A stretch of 64,000 nt of DNA from Nitrosopumilaceae archaeon (GCA_965208905.1 OZ242365.1:768001-832000); one strand, 5' to 3'. Positions 42,431 to 53,707 are shown, counted from the first letter of the stretch. Notes: generated by a model not told the origin, from the sequence alone. A program made the numbers and translations.

Positions 42431-43569
42431 TGACAATGTCTGCACAACTACCTCCCGGCTTGCAACTTGAAAAAGTAGATGAGCGTATAATGACGCTCAA
42501 CGTGGGGCCTCAACATCCAGGTTCTGGTCACATGAGGATAATTGTACAGATAGATGGTGACTATATCGTGGCTTGTGATCCCGATCCAGGGTACGTGCAT
42601 CGTGGCGAAGAGAAGATGGCCGAATACCGAAATTATATCACCAACATACCACATCTGGAGCGACCTGTGATACATGACTCTTGTAATATATTATACCCAT
42701 ATGTACTAGGTGCCGAAGAGTTGTTGGGAATTGAGGTTCCTGAACGCGCCAAGTATGTCCGTGTAATTGCTGCTGAGCTGAACAGGTGTGTATACACACT
42801 ATACTGGCTGGCCATATATGGAATATTCTTGGGCCACTCTACAATGTTCATGTGGCCTTCTGGTGATCGTGAACTCTTTATAGATCTACTAGAGAAGCTG
42901 ACCGGTGCTAGGGTCACACATGCCTACTTTATTCCAGGTGGTGTACGAAATGACATGCCCGCCAACTTTGAGGATGTATGTCTGCGTCAAGTGAGATACT
43001 TTGAGAAGCGCATAGCTGAATATTCAGATATCTTCTATGACAATCCCATACTTATATCGCGTACCGCCAACACCGGAGTACTGTCTCGTAATGACGCCAT
43101 ACGATTGGGCACTACTGGTTCTGTCCTACGCGCCAGCGGCGTAGACTATGATGTGCGCAAAAAAGAACCATACGATGTCTATGACTCTTTAGACTTTGAG
43201 ACTAATGTATTAAAGTCAGGTGATTCATACGCGCGCTCCAAGGTACCATGGCTAGACATGATGGAGTCCTGTCGCATCATACGTGATGCCCTATCAAAGA
43301 TGCCAAAATCTGGCTCGGTCCGTACAAAACTAAAACCAAACCCAAAAGGTGGAGACACATCCGTGTACAAACGCGTCGAGTCTGGCCGAGGAGCTTTGGG
43401 ATGTCATATAGTGTCAAGAAAGAAACCCGAACCGTATAGGGTCAAACTCAGTGTCGGCTCATTCCGTAATCTGATAGCAATGCCATATCTACTAAAGGGC
43501 GAAAAATTAGGCAACATGCCCTCTGTATATTGGAGTTTGAACTACTGGCCTGTGGAGGCAGACAGATAA
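42430..43569 (+). CDS. nuoD: NADH-quinone oxidoreductase subunit D
   Basis: GPQHP, GYVHRGEEK, terminal EADR. Confidence 0.95.
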   Translation: MTMSAQLPPGLQLEKVDERIMTLNVGPQHPGSGHMRIIVQIDGDYIVACDPDPGYVHRGEEKMAEYRNYITNIPHLERPVIHDSCNILYPYVLGAEELLGIEVPERAKYVRVIAAELNRCVYTLYWLAIYGIFLGHSTMFMWPSGDRELFIDLLEKLTGARVTHAYFIPGGVRNDMPANFEDVCLRQVRYFEKRIAEYSDIFYDNPILISRTANTGVLSRNDAIRLGTTGSVLRASGVDYDVRKKEPYDVYDSLDFETNVLKSGDSYARSKVPWLDMMESCRIIRDALSKMPKSGSVRTKLKPNPKGGDTSVYKRVESGRGALGCHIVSRKKPEPYRVKLSVGSFRNLIAMPYLLKGEKLGNMPSVYWSLNYWPVEADR

Positions 43570-44867
43570 TGTCTGTTATAGCACCCACCTTTCGTCTGAG
43601 CTACTTTCTAAAGAGCATACTGGATAACGTATTCTGGATTATAGTCCTAGTGACACTGGTGGGAATTCCTGCGATACAGATTGTCTTATTCTATATAGAG
43701 ATGCCTGTAATTAACGGCGAGCTGCTTACCCCATTTCTGGCACTCACATGGCTGGCCGACCCCTCGCGTGCCATTCCCATAGTAAAGGCGTTTATGTATA
43801 CTGACTTCTTCCGTATAGCCGTATTTCCAGGATTTGGTCTGGCTGCGCTAGTAGCTGCAGGTACTATCTTTGTAGAACGCAAAATGTTGGCCAAGCTCCA
43901 ACTGCGCGTGGGACCCTTCTACTGTGGTAAGGTGGAAGGAATACTACAACTGGCCGGTGATGGACTCAAACTGATATCAAAGGAGATTATAATCCCCGCC
44001 AAGGCAGACAAGCCAATATTTTGGATAGCACCGGTGGCGTTTGTTGGTACTGCTGCCGCCTTTGTCAGTCTGATACCTGTTGCTCCTGGCTGGGTGGTTG
44101 CCGATGTCGAATTAGGAGTCTTGGCAGTCTTTGCTGTAATAGGATTCTTCCCCATCGTTACAGTGTTGTCTGCATGGTCTGCCAACTCAAAGTTCCCATT
44201 TATCGGTGGAATTAGAGCCTTACATCAGATGATCTCCTTTGAGATCCCACTAATACTATCACTATTGGGAGTGGTGATGCTGGCCGGAACCATGAGTCTG
44301 ACCGGAATAGCAGAGTCCCAGGAATTTATCCCCTGGATTGTATTTCTGCCGGTGGGCGCCATTGTATTCTTTATCTGTATACTTGCCGAGCTGGAGCGCA
44401 TACCCTTTGACCTGCCTGAGGCAGAGTCCGAGATTGTAGCCGGCTGGCTTACCGAGTTTTCAGGTATGATGTACGGTTTGGTGCAACTGGGAACATATCT
44501 TAAACTGTACGCATTTGCCGCCCTCTTCACTGTAATGTTCTTGGGCGGCTGGAGTGGTCCCATGTTGTGGCCACCATTCCCAGAAGAGATTATAACTGAT
44601 GGTATACAACTAGGCCCCATAACGGCTACCATTCCTGGCCTACCACTACTAGACCAGGCAATGCTCAATGGTGTACTGTGGTTCCTGTTAAAGACAGTAG
44701 CAGTCATATTCTTTATCCTATTACCTAGAGGCGTATTTCCTCGCATACGAATAGATATGCTGCTATCTTTAGGATGGTACAAACTCATCGGCCTGTCATT
44801 TATCAACATCTTTATAGCCTTGGCGCTGCTTTACGCTGGAGTACTTGGACCTGGAGGTATAATATAA
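43569..44867 (+). CDS. nuoH: NADH-quinone oxidoreductase subunit H
   Basis: ERK...RVGP, RIPFDLPEAESE, PRIRID. Confidence 0.95.
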   Translation: MSVIAPTFRLSYFLKSILDNVFWIIVLVTLVGIPAIQIVLFYIEMPVINGELLTPFLALTWLADPSRAIPIVKAFMYTDFFRIAVFPGFGLAALVAAGTIFVERKMLAKLQLRVGPFYCGKVEGILQLAGDGLKLISKEIIIPAKADKPIFWIAPVAFVGTAAAFVSLIPVAPGWVVADVELGVLAVFAVIGFFPIVTVLSAWSANSKFPFIGGIRALHQMISFEIPLILSLLGVVMLAGTMSLTGIAESQEFIPWIVFLPVGAIVFFICILAELERIPFDLPEAESEIVAGWLTEFSGMMYGLVQLGTYLKLYAFAALFTVMFLGGWSGPMLWPPFPEEIITDGIQLGPITATIPGLPLLDQAMLNGVLWFLLKTVAVIFFILLPRGVFPRIRIDMLLSLGWYKLIGLSFINIFIALALLYAGVLGPGGII

Positions 44868-45364
44868 TGGGAACTGCGACTGGAATAATCAAAGCTCTAA
44901 ACTCGGGTGTGAAACACTTGGCGCGCAAGCGGTTCACATTACGATATCCTGAACAGAAGCTAAAGTTTGTGGGTGATGGCTACAGATATGATCCCGTCAC
45001 CGGTGTTGGTGTTGCTGGCCTAAAGGGTCGCCATATGCTGTTTCACGATCACTGTACAGGTTGCCAACTATGCTCTATAGCATGCGAGGGTGTGGCAGAG
45101 GCCATCGCTATGGTAAAGGTTCCTGAGACACATAAGCAGAACAAGAAGAGCATAATGCCCCAGATAGACTACGGCAAATGTGTCTTTTGTGGACTATGCG
45201 TGGATGCATGTCCTTTCTATGCATTATACATGAGCAATGACTATGAACTGTCATCGTTCACAAAGGAGGGTTTGATTTACACCCCGGCCCAACTACAGGT
45301 GAAGCCACACGTATCACAAGATGCGGAGATAAAGATAACTGATAGGGGTGCCACCCATGGCTGA
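44867..45364 (+). CDS. nuoI: NADH-quinone oxidoreductase subunit I
   Basis: Two CxxCxxCxxxC motifs. Confidence 0.94.
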   Translation: MGTATGIIKALNSGVKHLARKRFTLRYPEQKLKFVGDGYRYDPVTGVGVAGLKGRHMLFHDHCTGCQLCSIACEGVAEAIAMVKVPETHKQNKKSIMPQIDYGKCVFCGLCVDACPFYALYMSNDYELSSFTKEGLIYTPAQLQVKPHVSQDAEIKITDRGATHG

Positions 45365-45860
45365 TGCTGTATTTTTGGCTCTCTCGGTTCTGACTGTGGG
45401 CTCGGCTATTGCTGCCTTGGAGATGCGCTCGCTGATATACGGCTCAATAGCCTTGATGGGTTCACTGGGTGGAGTGGCAGGCTTCTTCTTTTTACTGGAT
45501 GCGCCATTTGTTGCACTCTTTCAGCTGGCCGTCTATGTGGGCTCGATAGCCGTACTGATACTATTTACTGTAATGTTGGTACGACGCGAACTGATATTCA
45601 AAAAGATAGAGGATAAGCGCCGCAAGATGGCAGGTATTGGCTTAATGCTTGTCTTTTTAGTCTCGGTGGGTGCCTTGATAATGTCATCTGGAATTCATCA
45701 GTTGGAGTCTGACTCGCCGCCCATAGACTTTCGGGAGATAGGCGAAGACTTTTTGGTGTACTATTGGCCTGCTTTGGTGGTCATGGCCTTGATACTGTCT
45801 GGGGCCGTAACTGGAGCCTTGGTGTTGGCTAGACGGGAGGTGGAGAATGGCTCTAATTGA
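45357..45860 (+). CDS. nuoJ: NADH-quinone oxidoreductase subunit J
   Basis: QLAVYVGSIAVLILF. Confidence 0.92.
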   Translation: MADAVFLALSVLTVGSAIAALEMRSLIYGSIALMGSLGGVAGFFFLLDAPFVALFQLAVYVGSIAVLILFTVMLVRRELIFKKIEDKRRKMAGIGLMLVFLVSVGALIMSSGIHQLESDSPPIDFREIGEDFLVYYWPALVVMALILSGAVTGALVLARREVENGSN

Positions 45861-46146
45861 GTTTGTTCTGGTCTCTGTGGCACTACTGGGTATTGGCATA
45901 TATGGCCTAGCAGTCAAACGAAACGCCATACGCATGCTCTTTGCAGTGGAGATTATAATAAACGCCGCAAACTTGAACCTTGTGGCATTCTCTAGATATG
46001 TGGATGACAGTGGGGGACAGACATTGGCACTCTTCTCCATTGCCATTGCTGCTGCCGAGGTTGCAGTGGGTCTGGCGTTGGTGGTGGTGGCGTATCGCAT
46101 GTACAAGGATGTAGACATTGCCAACTTTAGGAGCTTGCGAGGATGA
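45847..46146 (+). CDS. nuoK: NADH-quinone oxidoreductase subunit K
   Basis: AAAEVAVGLA. Confidence 0.94.
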   Translation: MALIEFVLVSVALLGIGIYGLAVKRNAIRMLFAVEIIINAANLNLVAFSRYVDDSGGQTLALFSIAIAAAEVAVGLALVVVAYRMYKDVDIANFRSLRG

Positions 46147-47645
46147 TAGAGTTTGGACTGCTTCAGGCAGTATTTCTACCTCTCTTTTTAGCTCCTGTAG
46201 CGTATGTTTTGGGGACTAGATATGGCGCCGGTCCGGCCACGTGGTTCTCCTTTGTTGTTCTATTATATGGTACCATCTTGGTGGTTTGGGGAGCCCTCTC
46301 TGACTACTCTGAGTATTACCCATGGACTGAAGCGTTTGGCGGCTTTGGCTTCTCTTTGGATGGCCTCTCCTCACCGTTTGCCATAATAATATATGTGCTC
46401 AGTACAATCTTGGTGATCTACTCCCGCCCATACATGGTGCACCGCTTTGAGGAGATGGCAGATGGCACGATACAAAAGTCTGCATTGAACAGGCAGGTGG
46501 GGTTGTACTTTGCACTATATCTGGTATTTGCCATGGGCATGCTGGGAACCGTTATGTCTACAAACATGATACAGTTCTATGTATTCTTCGAGATAATGCT
46601 GATACCTGGTTTCTTTTTGGTCTCTTTGTGGGGTGATGGACCTCGTCGCAAGATTGGTCTGATGTTTCTCTTCTGGACGCATGTAGGCGCCGTTGTATTA
46701 TTGTTGGGCTTCCTTATGATCGGTTTGACGGTTGGTAGCTTTGACTTTGCAGATATATCCGAGTCTGCCATACCACAAGATATCGTTCTACTATCGGCAA
46801 TAGCCATATCCATAGGACTGGGCGTAAAGTTGGCAGTCTTTATGTTTCACATATGGCTCCCTTGGGTCCACGGTGCCGCACCTACTCCCATAAGCGCCTT
46901 ACTGTCACCGGCCATGATTGGCATAGGCGCCTATGGTATATTTCGATTAGTAGTTGAGTTCCTTCCTAATACATTTGCAGATATAGCCATATGGTTTCAC
47001 ATATGGGGCCTGGTTACAATGTTGTATGGGGGCGCCATGGCCCTGATGCAAGACGACATAAAACGACTCTTTGCGTATTCGTCTATATCTCAGATGGGAT
47101 ATCTGTTGTTTGGAATAGGATCTTTGTCTGTACTTGGTATGGCTGGAGCCGAGATGATGTACATAACACACGCCCTGGGGAAGGGACTGCTCTTTATGAC
47201 CGCCGGTATACTGATAGTGAAGGCGGGCACGCGTAGCATATCAAAACTGGGTGGTTTGGCAGGAAAGATGCCCATTACAGCAGTCTGTGCCGTTGTGGGT
47301 GCTCTAACCATAATGGGAGTTCCGCCCACTAGCGGCTTTATGGGCGAGTGGATACTCTTCTATGGCGCCTTGGAGACTGCTATATCTGAAGGATCGATGG
47401 TGCGAGCAGTCACATTCGGCCTGGGCCTTGTGGCTACAGTCCTTACAATGTCCTATATGTTATGGATGCTAAAAAGAGTCTTCTTTGGCAAAACTCCACA
47501 GCATCTAGAGAAGGTTCGCGATGCTGGTTGGCACATGACCGCACCCATGATGATTCTGGCCGGCTTTACCATTGTACTGGGCATATATCCAGATATCTTC
47601 CTTGAAGGTATAATTCCGTACATGGAGGGGGTGTTGCGCATTTGA
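46143..47645 (+). CDS. nuoM: NADH-quinone oxidoreductase subunit M
   Basis: FHIWLPWVHGAAP, AYSSISQMG, GFMGE. Confidence 0.92.
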   Translation: MIEFGLLQAVFLPLFLAPVAYVLGTRYGAGPATWFSFVVLLYGTILVVWGALSDYSEYYPWTEAFGGFGFSLDGLSSPFAIIIYVLSTILVIYSRPYMVHRFEEMADGTIQKSALNRQVGLYFALYLVFAMGMLGTVMSTNMIQFYVFFEIMLIPGFFLVSLWGDGPRRKIGLMFLFWTHVGAVVLLLGFLMIGLTVGSFDFADISESAIPQDIVLLSAIAISIGLGVKLAVFMFHIWLPWVHGAAPTPISALLSPAMIGIGAYGIFRLVVEFLPNTFADIAIWFHIWGLVTMLYGGAMALMQDDIKRLFAYSSISQMGYLLFGIGSLSVLGMAGAEMMYITHALGKGLLFMTAGILIVKAGTRSISKLGGLAGKMPITAVCAVVGALTIMGVPPTSGFMGEWILFYGALETAISEGSMVRAVTFGLGLVATVLTMSYMLWMLKRVFFGKTPQHLEKVRDAGWHMTAPMMILAGFTIVLGIYPDIFLEGIIPYMEGVLRI

Positions 47646-49678
47646 TGCATGAATTAATCTGGCTAGTCTGGATACTGCCGTTTGTTGCCGCCCTTATAAT
47701 GCCTGGCGTAGGTCGTGCGTCTAAGAAGGCCACAAACTATGTGGCTGTGGGATTTGCATTGGCATCTGCCCTGTCTGCTGCCTCCCTACTGCCCATGGCG
47801 CTAGCTGGTGATGAGATGCACCATCAGATAATGTGGATTGAGGCCATTGGACTAGAAGCAGGTGTCTTGGCAGACCCCGTATCAGTTATAATGGCAAATG
47901 TTGTCGCATGGATATCTTTCCTGATAATGGTGTATAGTACCGGATACATGAAGGGCGATAGAGACATTATACGATTCTGGTTCTGGATGATGTTCTTTAT
48001 AGGTTCGATGCAGATCATAGTCCTCTCAGACAATCTACTACAATTATTCTTTGGATGGGAGGGCGTGGGATTGGCCTCCTACTCGTTGATCTCCTTCTGG
48101 TATAGAGACAAACACAAGGACCATGTGGGTCAGCGTGGCCGTACCGCCTTGGGGCTACTGGACTACTACTCTCCCACACATGCGGGCATGAAGGCATTCA
48201 TCATGACAAAGGTGGGCGATATAATGATGCTGTCTGGCATGCTCTTGATATTTTTGTATGCTGGCACATTCGGGTTCCGGGAGTTGGTGGAGACGACCAC
48301 GTGGGCTACCCAGATGGACGCCGTAGGACTACTGGTGCCTGCCTTTGTGTTACTATTTGGTGGTGCCGTGGGAAAGTCGGCCCAGTTCCCACTGAATGAG
48401 TGGCTACTTGAAGCAATGACAGGACCCACTGCAGTATCTGCATTGATACACGCCGCAACCATGGTAAAGGCAGGTGTCTTTTTGGTGGCCCGGATTGGAC
48501 CTATTATGTTTGCACTGGGAGCTGCGGGAATCCTGGGTGAGCAGTTCTTTGCCATTGTGGCCTGGACTGGCGCCATTACGGCACTTTTGCTGGCCACGCA
48601 AGGCATGACAAACCCTGAGATCAAAAAAGTATTGGCATACTCCACCGGCTCACAGATTGGATACATGATGATGGCGCTGGGTGTCGCTGGCTTATCTCAT
48701 CAGTATGTTGATGGCTATACCGCCGGATTCTTCCACCTTATATCCCATGCCATGTTCAAGGCATCACTCTTTATGGCTGCTGGTTCACTGTTACATGTTG
48801 TGGGTAGCCGCTTTATGACTGATATGGGAGGCCTGCGCAAACACATGAAGAAGACATATGCATTCATGTGGGCCGCGGGGCTAGGCCTGATGGGGGCACC
48901 ATTCATTACTACTGGCTTTTGGAGCAAAGATGCCATATTTGCTGCAGTATACGAATCTGGTGCTGAGTTTGGCATGATACTCTACGGAGTTGCTGTTTTA
49001 ACCGCCATAATTACAGCATTCTACACTACCCGTATGATTGGCATGGTCTTTCATGGAGAGAAGAGTGCACACGTCAAAAAAATGGAGTCTGAAGGCCACC
49101 ACATACATGAGGCACATCTCTCAATGTGGGTACCCTACGGCATACTAGCCGCCCTGACTATAATTATAGGCGTGGCCGGCTTGTACGTGGAAGGCTCACT
49201 GCACCACCTGTTTGATGAGTATCTGGATCACTCATTCCACATACACAGCGAACATGCAGAAGAGTCTGATGCTGGCATATTGGGAGGTCTAAACCCTGTG
49301 GCTTTGATGTCATCGCTTGCAGCCTTTGGTATAGGAATACTGCTTGGATATATCTTTTACATTGGACGGTTCGTCAGTCCTCAGCGACTGATATCTTCCA
49401 ATCTCTTCTTTTATGGCATACACAAACTACTGTTAAACCGGTGGTACCTAAACAGTATGGTATATTGGTGCTTTGTGGTGGCACCACTCTGGCTGGCAAG
49501 AGGACTATTCCGATACTTTGAGCGTACGGCAATAGACTACGGCATGAATACAGGACTTGAGAGGGCCACCAGATGGGGAGCTACTGTGGTACAGGGAACT
49601 CAGACCGGAACCGTGCAATCATATCTATTTGTATTTGGAGCGGGACTACTATTTGTGGTTCTGATGTTGATGGTGTGA
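47642..49678 (+). CDS. nuoL: NADH-quinone oxidoreductase subunit L
   Basis: GKSAQFP, AMTGPTAVSALIHAATMV, SKDAI. Confidence 0.94.
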   Translation: MMHELIWLVWILPFVAALIMPGVGRASKKATNYVAVGFALASALSAASLLPMALAGDEMHHQIMWIEAIGLEAGVLADPVSVIMANVVAWISFLIMVYSTGYMKGDRDIIRFWFWMMFFIGSMQIIVLSDNLLQLFFGWEGVGLASYSLISFWYRDKHKDHVGQRGRTALGLLDYYSPTHAGMKAFIMTKVGDIMMLSGMLLIFLYAGTFGFRELVETTTWATQMDAVGLLVPAFVLLFGGAVGKSAQFPLNEWLLEAMTGPTAVSALIHAATMVKAGVFLVARIGPIMFALGAAGILGEQFFAIVAWTGAITALLLATQGMTNPEIKKVLAYSTGSQIGYMMMALGVAGLSHQYVDGYTAGFFHLISHAMFKASLFMAAGSLLHVVGSRFMTDMGGLRKHMKKTYAFMWAAGLGLMGAPFITTGFWSKDAIFAAVYESGAEFGMILYGVAVLTAIITAFYTTRMIGMVFHGEKSAHVKKMESEGHHIHEAHLSMWVPYGILAALTIIIGVAGLYVEGSLHHLFDEYLDHSFHIHSEHAEESDAGILGGLNPVALMSSLAAFGIGILLGYIFYIGRFVSPQRLISSNLFFYGIHKLLLNRWYLNSMVYWCFVVAPLWLARGLFRYFERTAIDYGMNTGLERATRWGATVVQGTQTGTVQSYLFVFGAGLLFVVLMLMV

Positions 49679-49690
49679 GGTGTATGATAC

Positions 49691-51163
49691 ATGATTGAGA
49701 TGAATGCAACCCCATTGGTAATACTAGGTGTGCTGGGCGTGGCTGGTGTTATACTGCCAGTGCTTGATGTGGCGCGTAGGGAGCGATTCACACAGATGTA
49801 TGCTGCCTTGGCGCTAGGTGCCCTCTTTATATCCATAGGATACGTGGGGTATCAGTTTGTGTCAGGTGTGATACAGCCGGGTGCAGTCTTTTCTACAGAC
49901 GTACTGGCCAATGATGCCTTTGGTGGCCTCTTTGCCATTGCAATGCTTATAGTGGCCGTCTTTAGCGTTACAGGCTCTATAAGTTACATGCGAAATCAAA
50001 AGTATCCAGCAGTTTACTACTCCCTGATACTACTATCTGCTATAGGAATGGTGCTGGTCGCATACTCTACTGACCTTGTGATGCTCTTTGTAGCCTGGGA
50101 GTTGATGAGTATACCCACCTATGTGCTGGCAGGCTTTATGAAGCGAAACCCCATATCAAATGAGGCAGCTCTAAAGTACTTTTTGTTCGGCGCCATGTCC
50201 TCGGCCATTATAGTATATGGCATATCGATGGTGTATGGACTAACTGGTACCACCAACATATCTGAGGTTATAGTTGGCTTGACGACACTGGATGCATCAA
50301 TGATACCTCTGGCCATACTGGCAGTCGGTCTGTTCATTGCTGGGTTTGGCTTTAAGATGGGTCTGGTACCATTTCACATGTGGCTGCCCGATACGTATGA
50401 AGGTGCTCCCCAGCCTATAACTGCCCTGCTGGCAGCAGCCACCAAGAAGGCCGGCTTTGCTGCTACAATTCGCATAGTTATAATGGGTATGGCGGCCTTG
50501 CATCTGGACTGGGCGCTGGCTCTAGGTGTCATCGCTGTCATGACCATGACCATAGGCAACGTTGCTGCCATAATGCAGAAGAATCTGTCTAGGATGCTGG
50601 CTTATTCGAGTATAGGACATGCTGGCTATATTCTAATTGGTTTGGCTGTGGCACCTTATTCGGCGACTGGACTACAGGGCTCCCTGTATCATGTACTTAA
50701 TCACGCCGTCATGAAGGGTGCTGCATTTATAGCCATCTCGGGTGTGGTGGTGGCGCTGGCCGTAACACATCTGGATAAGATAAAGGGGCTGGGACGTCGC
50801 ATGCCCATTACAGCACTGGGACTTACCATATCTTTACTGGCACTGGCGGGTGTTCCACCACTGAACGGCTTTTGGAGTAAATTGATGCTCTTTGGCGCAG
50901 CACTGGATTCTGGAAGTGTTGTGTGGTGGGGCCCTTGGCTTGCTATTGCCGCCGTACTGAATAGCGCCTTGTCTTTGGCGTATTATGGTTGGATCATGCG
51001 CAAGATGTACTTTGAGGGTGAGGATGCCAAGCGGGTCCGGGAACCAAAATCAGTTATAGCTGTAATGATATTTTCAATAATATTTATGGTGGGCCTGGGT
51101 GTCTATCCAGACCCCGTAATCCAGTTCGTCGAGATTGCCACACCCACCTTTACGATTCCCTAA
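49691..51163 (+). CDS. nuoN: NADH-quinone oxidoreductase subunit N
   Basis: EAALKYF, PFHMWLPDTYEGAP, AYSSIGHAG. Confidence 0.94.
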   Translation: MIEMNATPLVILGVLGVAGVILPVLDVARRERFTQMYAALALGALFISIGYVGYQFVSGVIQPGAVFSTDVLANDAFGGLFAIAMLIVAVFSVTGSISYMRNQKYPAVYYSLILLSAIGMVLVAYSTDLVMLFVAWELMSIPTYVLAGFMKRNPISNEAALKYFLFGAMSSAIIVYGISMVYGLTGTTNISEVIVGLTTLDASMIPLAILAVGLFIAGFGFKMGLVPFHMWLPDTYEGAPQPITALLAAATKKAGFAATIRIVIMGMAALHLDWALALGVIAVMTMTIGNVAAIMQKNLSRMLAYSSIGHAGYILIGLAVAPYSATGLQGSLYHVLNHAVMKGAAFIAISGVVVALAVTHLDKIKGLGRRMPITALGLTISLLALAGVPPLNGFWSKLMLFGAALDSGSVVWWGPWLAIAAVLNSALSLAYYGWIMRKMYFEGEDAKRVREPKSVIAVMIFSIIFMVGLGVYPDPVIQFVEIATPTFTIP

Positions 51164-51318
51164 ATTGTGGCAGTTTTCATCCCGTCTAAATTTATGTAGG
51201 ACTTGCACATACATTCAACAAAATTATATTATATCTCATCATTACTAGAGTCTGTCCTACACCAAATTATACTAGCACCAAACTTTAATTACCGATAAAC
51301 GGCAATTCAATTTACATA

Positions 51319-52170
51319 TTGAACAGAAAAAATATCAGTACTAATCCGCTTTTAAAATTATACGCGCCATACATTACACGAATAAACGAGTCATTGAATA
51401 TGGAGATGGAGGCGTATGCCAACTCAGAGTTTTACGAACCCCTACTGTATTCACTAGATGGTGGAAAGCGTATAAGGCCACTCATACTAGTACTATCGGC
51501 AGAATGTTTTGGTGAGGCGGATGAAAATGCCATGTCTGCAGCATGCGCCGTAGAGTTGCTTCATACAGAGTCCATAATACATGATGACATAATTGATGAT
51601 GAGATGCACCGAAGGCAGAAGAAACCATTCCATGTCAAATATGGTTATGATACTAGTATTCTTAGCGGCGACTTTGTGTTGGGCCTGATACTATCTATAT
51701 CTGCACGGCTGGACAACGCCCGAATAACGGATAATTTGGCTAAGACTGCCATGTTGATGAGTGAGGGTGAGATGATTGAGGAGCGATTAGTGAGCGGAGA
51801 TGATGCCACCTTTGAAGACTACTTAAAGACAATACAGTACAAGACCGCCACGGCATTTGAGGCTGCAGCCAAGATCGGGGCCATAATAGGTGGCGGAGAC
51901 GAGCGTCAGATATCTGATGTAACCAAGTATGGTCGAAATATGGGGATAGCATATCAGATACGCGATGATCTCTTAGACTGGAAGAATGAAGATAAAATAT
52001 TCAACATGCTGGTGAGAAAGAGCACTGACCCTCGCGATGTATTTGATAAGATGGAAGAGATGTCAAAGACATATGCAGGAAAAGCCCGGTCTGCTCTAGA
52101 GGGAATACCTGCAGGAAGCGCACGGTCTGGATTGGAAGAATTAATTGGCTTTGCTGTACTAAAAGCATGA
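51319..52170 (+). CDS. Polyprenyl (geranylgeranyl) diphosphate synthase
   Basis: GGKRIRP, HDDIID, YKTA, QIRDDLLD. Confidence 0.92.
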   Translation: MNRKNISTNPLLKLYAPYITRINESLNMEMEAYANSEFYEPLLYSLDGGKRIRPLILVLSAECFGEADENAMSAACAVELLHTESIIHDDIIDDEMHRRQKKPFHVKYGYDTSILSGDFVLGLILSISARLDNARITDNLAKTAMLMSEGEMIEERLVSGDDATFEDYLKTIQYKTATAFEAAAKIGAIIGGGDERQISDVTKYGRNMGIAYQIRDDLLDWKNEDKIFNMLVRKSTDPRDVFDKMEEMSKTYAGKARSALEGIPAGSARSGLEELIGFAVLKA

Positions 52171-52368
52171 CACATTTTATTAGAAAATAAAATTATCTTT
52201 ATCTAATTAAACAGTCTCTGTTACTCCTAAAATCAAATTTTAATTAATATACAATTCATTAGCAGTTTGCATATACAACATGAAATAGATATTTGGTCAG
52301 GTCAAACCTCCATCTTTAGACCAGTATTTTGTTTTTTGAAATACTATGTATCACCAATTAATATTTAG

Positions 52369-52448
52369 TACCAATAATTAGTCTTTAATACCAACAATTA
52401 GTATTTGATACCAACAATTAGTATTTGATACCAACAAATAGTTTAAAA
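52369..52448. repeat. Four 20-bp tandem repeats TACCAACAATTAGTATTTGA in an AT-rich intergenic region
   Basis: Units start at 52369, 52389, 52409 and 52429; inverted half-copy at 52452-52463. Confidence 0.85.
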
Positions 52449-52845
52449 TGTCTATTATTGGTAATTAAAACCCCAAATCAATCATTCAACACATAAGCCG
52501 TTACGTATGATCAACTTCAAAAAGCGAAACAGTGACACATTTAGAAAATAACACGTAATTTATCGATATTTCTATAATAATTGATTATACTGGCATCTAG
52601 ACCAGCTACCGGATAATGTATTGTACGAATGTGTCCGTTAATTTTGATTTTATTTCTCCTTATGATCAGTATAGTTTTTAGATGTCATCTTTTATTCAAC
52701 TACGATATTCTTCTCGAATGTAGCATTACGTTGAAATTTTGATAAATTGACAAAAAACATAATAAAAAACTAGTTGGAGCCACCTGTGACATTTGACAGA
52801 TGAATGAAATTTTTAAATACAATTAGCACCCTAATATATAGCAAG

Positions 52846-53703
52846 ATGCCTATTGATCTGGGAGATTACAATGATCTAGTTGTTGAACCCATCGAGATAC
52901 GATTTATTCGACCCTCGAAATTTCCTGTCAGATACTCTGCTGATGACACCGTAGAGATGATGTCACTCAAGGAGAGCATAAGACAGCATGGTGTACTACA
53001 ACCCATATTGGTGAGAGCATTAGAACAAGGTTTTGAGATTGTGGCCGGGCATCGACGATTCTCTGCCTGCAGATCACTGCGTCACAGGTTTATACCGTGC
53101 CGCATAGGCGAATTTAGCGATCAGCAGGCATTTGAGATACAACTATCTGAGAACCTACAAAGAAAGAGTATGGACCCATTAGAGGAGGCTGAAGCCTATC
53201 AGAAATATGTAACGGAGTTTGGATGGGGTGGTGTTGCGGACTTGAGTGCGCGTATAGGAAAGAGTGAGGAGTATGTGTCACATAGAATACAGCTGTTACG
53301 GCTTCCAGACAGCGTAAAAAGCCACATCATAGACAAGAGTATGAATGTGAGTCAGGCGCTGGAACTGGTGGGATCTCCCAACTCTGATATGTTTGTCGAT
53401 GATATAGTGAATAATAGACTTACAGTAAAACAGATAAGACATCTAAAGACAGACATCCAAGATCCTGGAACTGTGGCCAAACGTAGACGAGACTCCAAAT
53501 CCAAAGAGTCCAACATAACAAAGAGAGGCATATTTGCACTAAAGATAGCACTCTCTCGGTTTGATGACTTGGTGGAGGCCGCCCATGACACCGACCCTCA
53601 ACAGCGAGCTGCCTTGGTTGCTTTTTTGATGGATATGCGATTAAAAGTCCATTCTATGATAGATGAGACCATACGGTTTGAAAAGAGTCGGCCTAAACGT
53701 TAA
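52846..53703 (+). CDS. ParB/Spo0J family protein
   Basis: GVLQPILVR, IVAGHRR, ENLQR, DPLEEA, HTH. Confidence 0.9.
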   Translation: MPIDLGDYNDLVVEPIEIRFIRPSKFPVRYSADDTVEMMSLKESIRQHGVLQPILVRALEQGFEIVAGHRRFSACRSLRHRFIPCRIGEFSDQQAFEIQLSENLQRKSMDPLEEAEAYQKYVTEFGWGGVADLSARIGKSEEYVSHRIQLLRLPDSVKSHIIDKSMNVSQALELVGSPNSDMFVDDIVNNRLTVKQIRHLKTDIQDPGTVAKRRRDSKSKESNITKRGIFALKIALSRFDDLVEAAHDTDPQQRAALVAFLMDMRLKVHSMIDETIRFEKSRPKR

Positions 53704-53707
53704 CAGA

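Noticed and set aside
41035-51163. Complex I lacking nuoEFG, with M before L
   Set aside because: This is the normal 11-subunit arrangement in Thaumarchaeota.
52369-52448. Mini-CRISPR
   Set aside because: The 20-bp units abut with no spacers.
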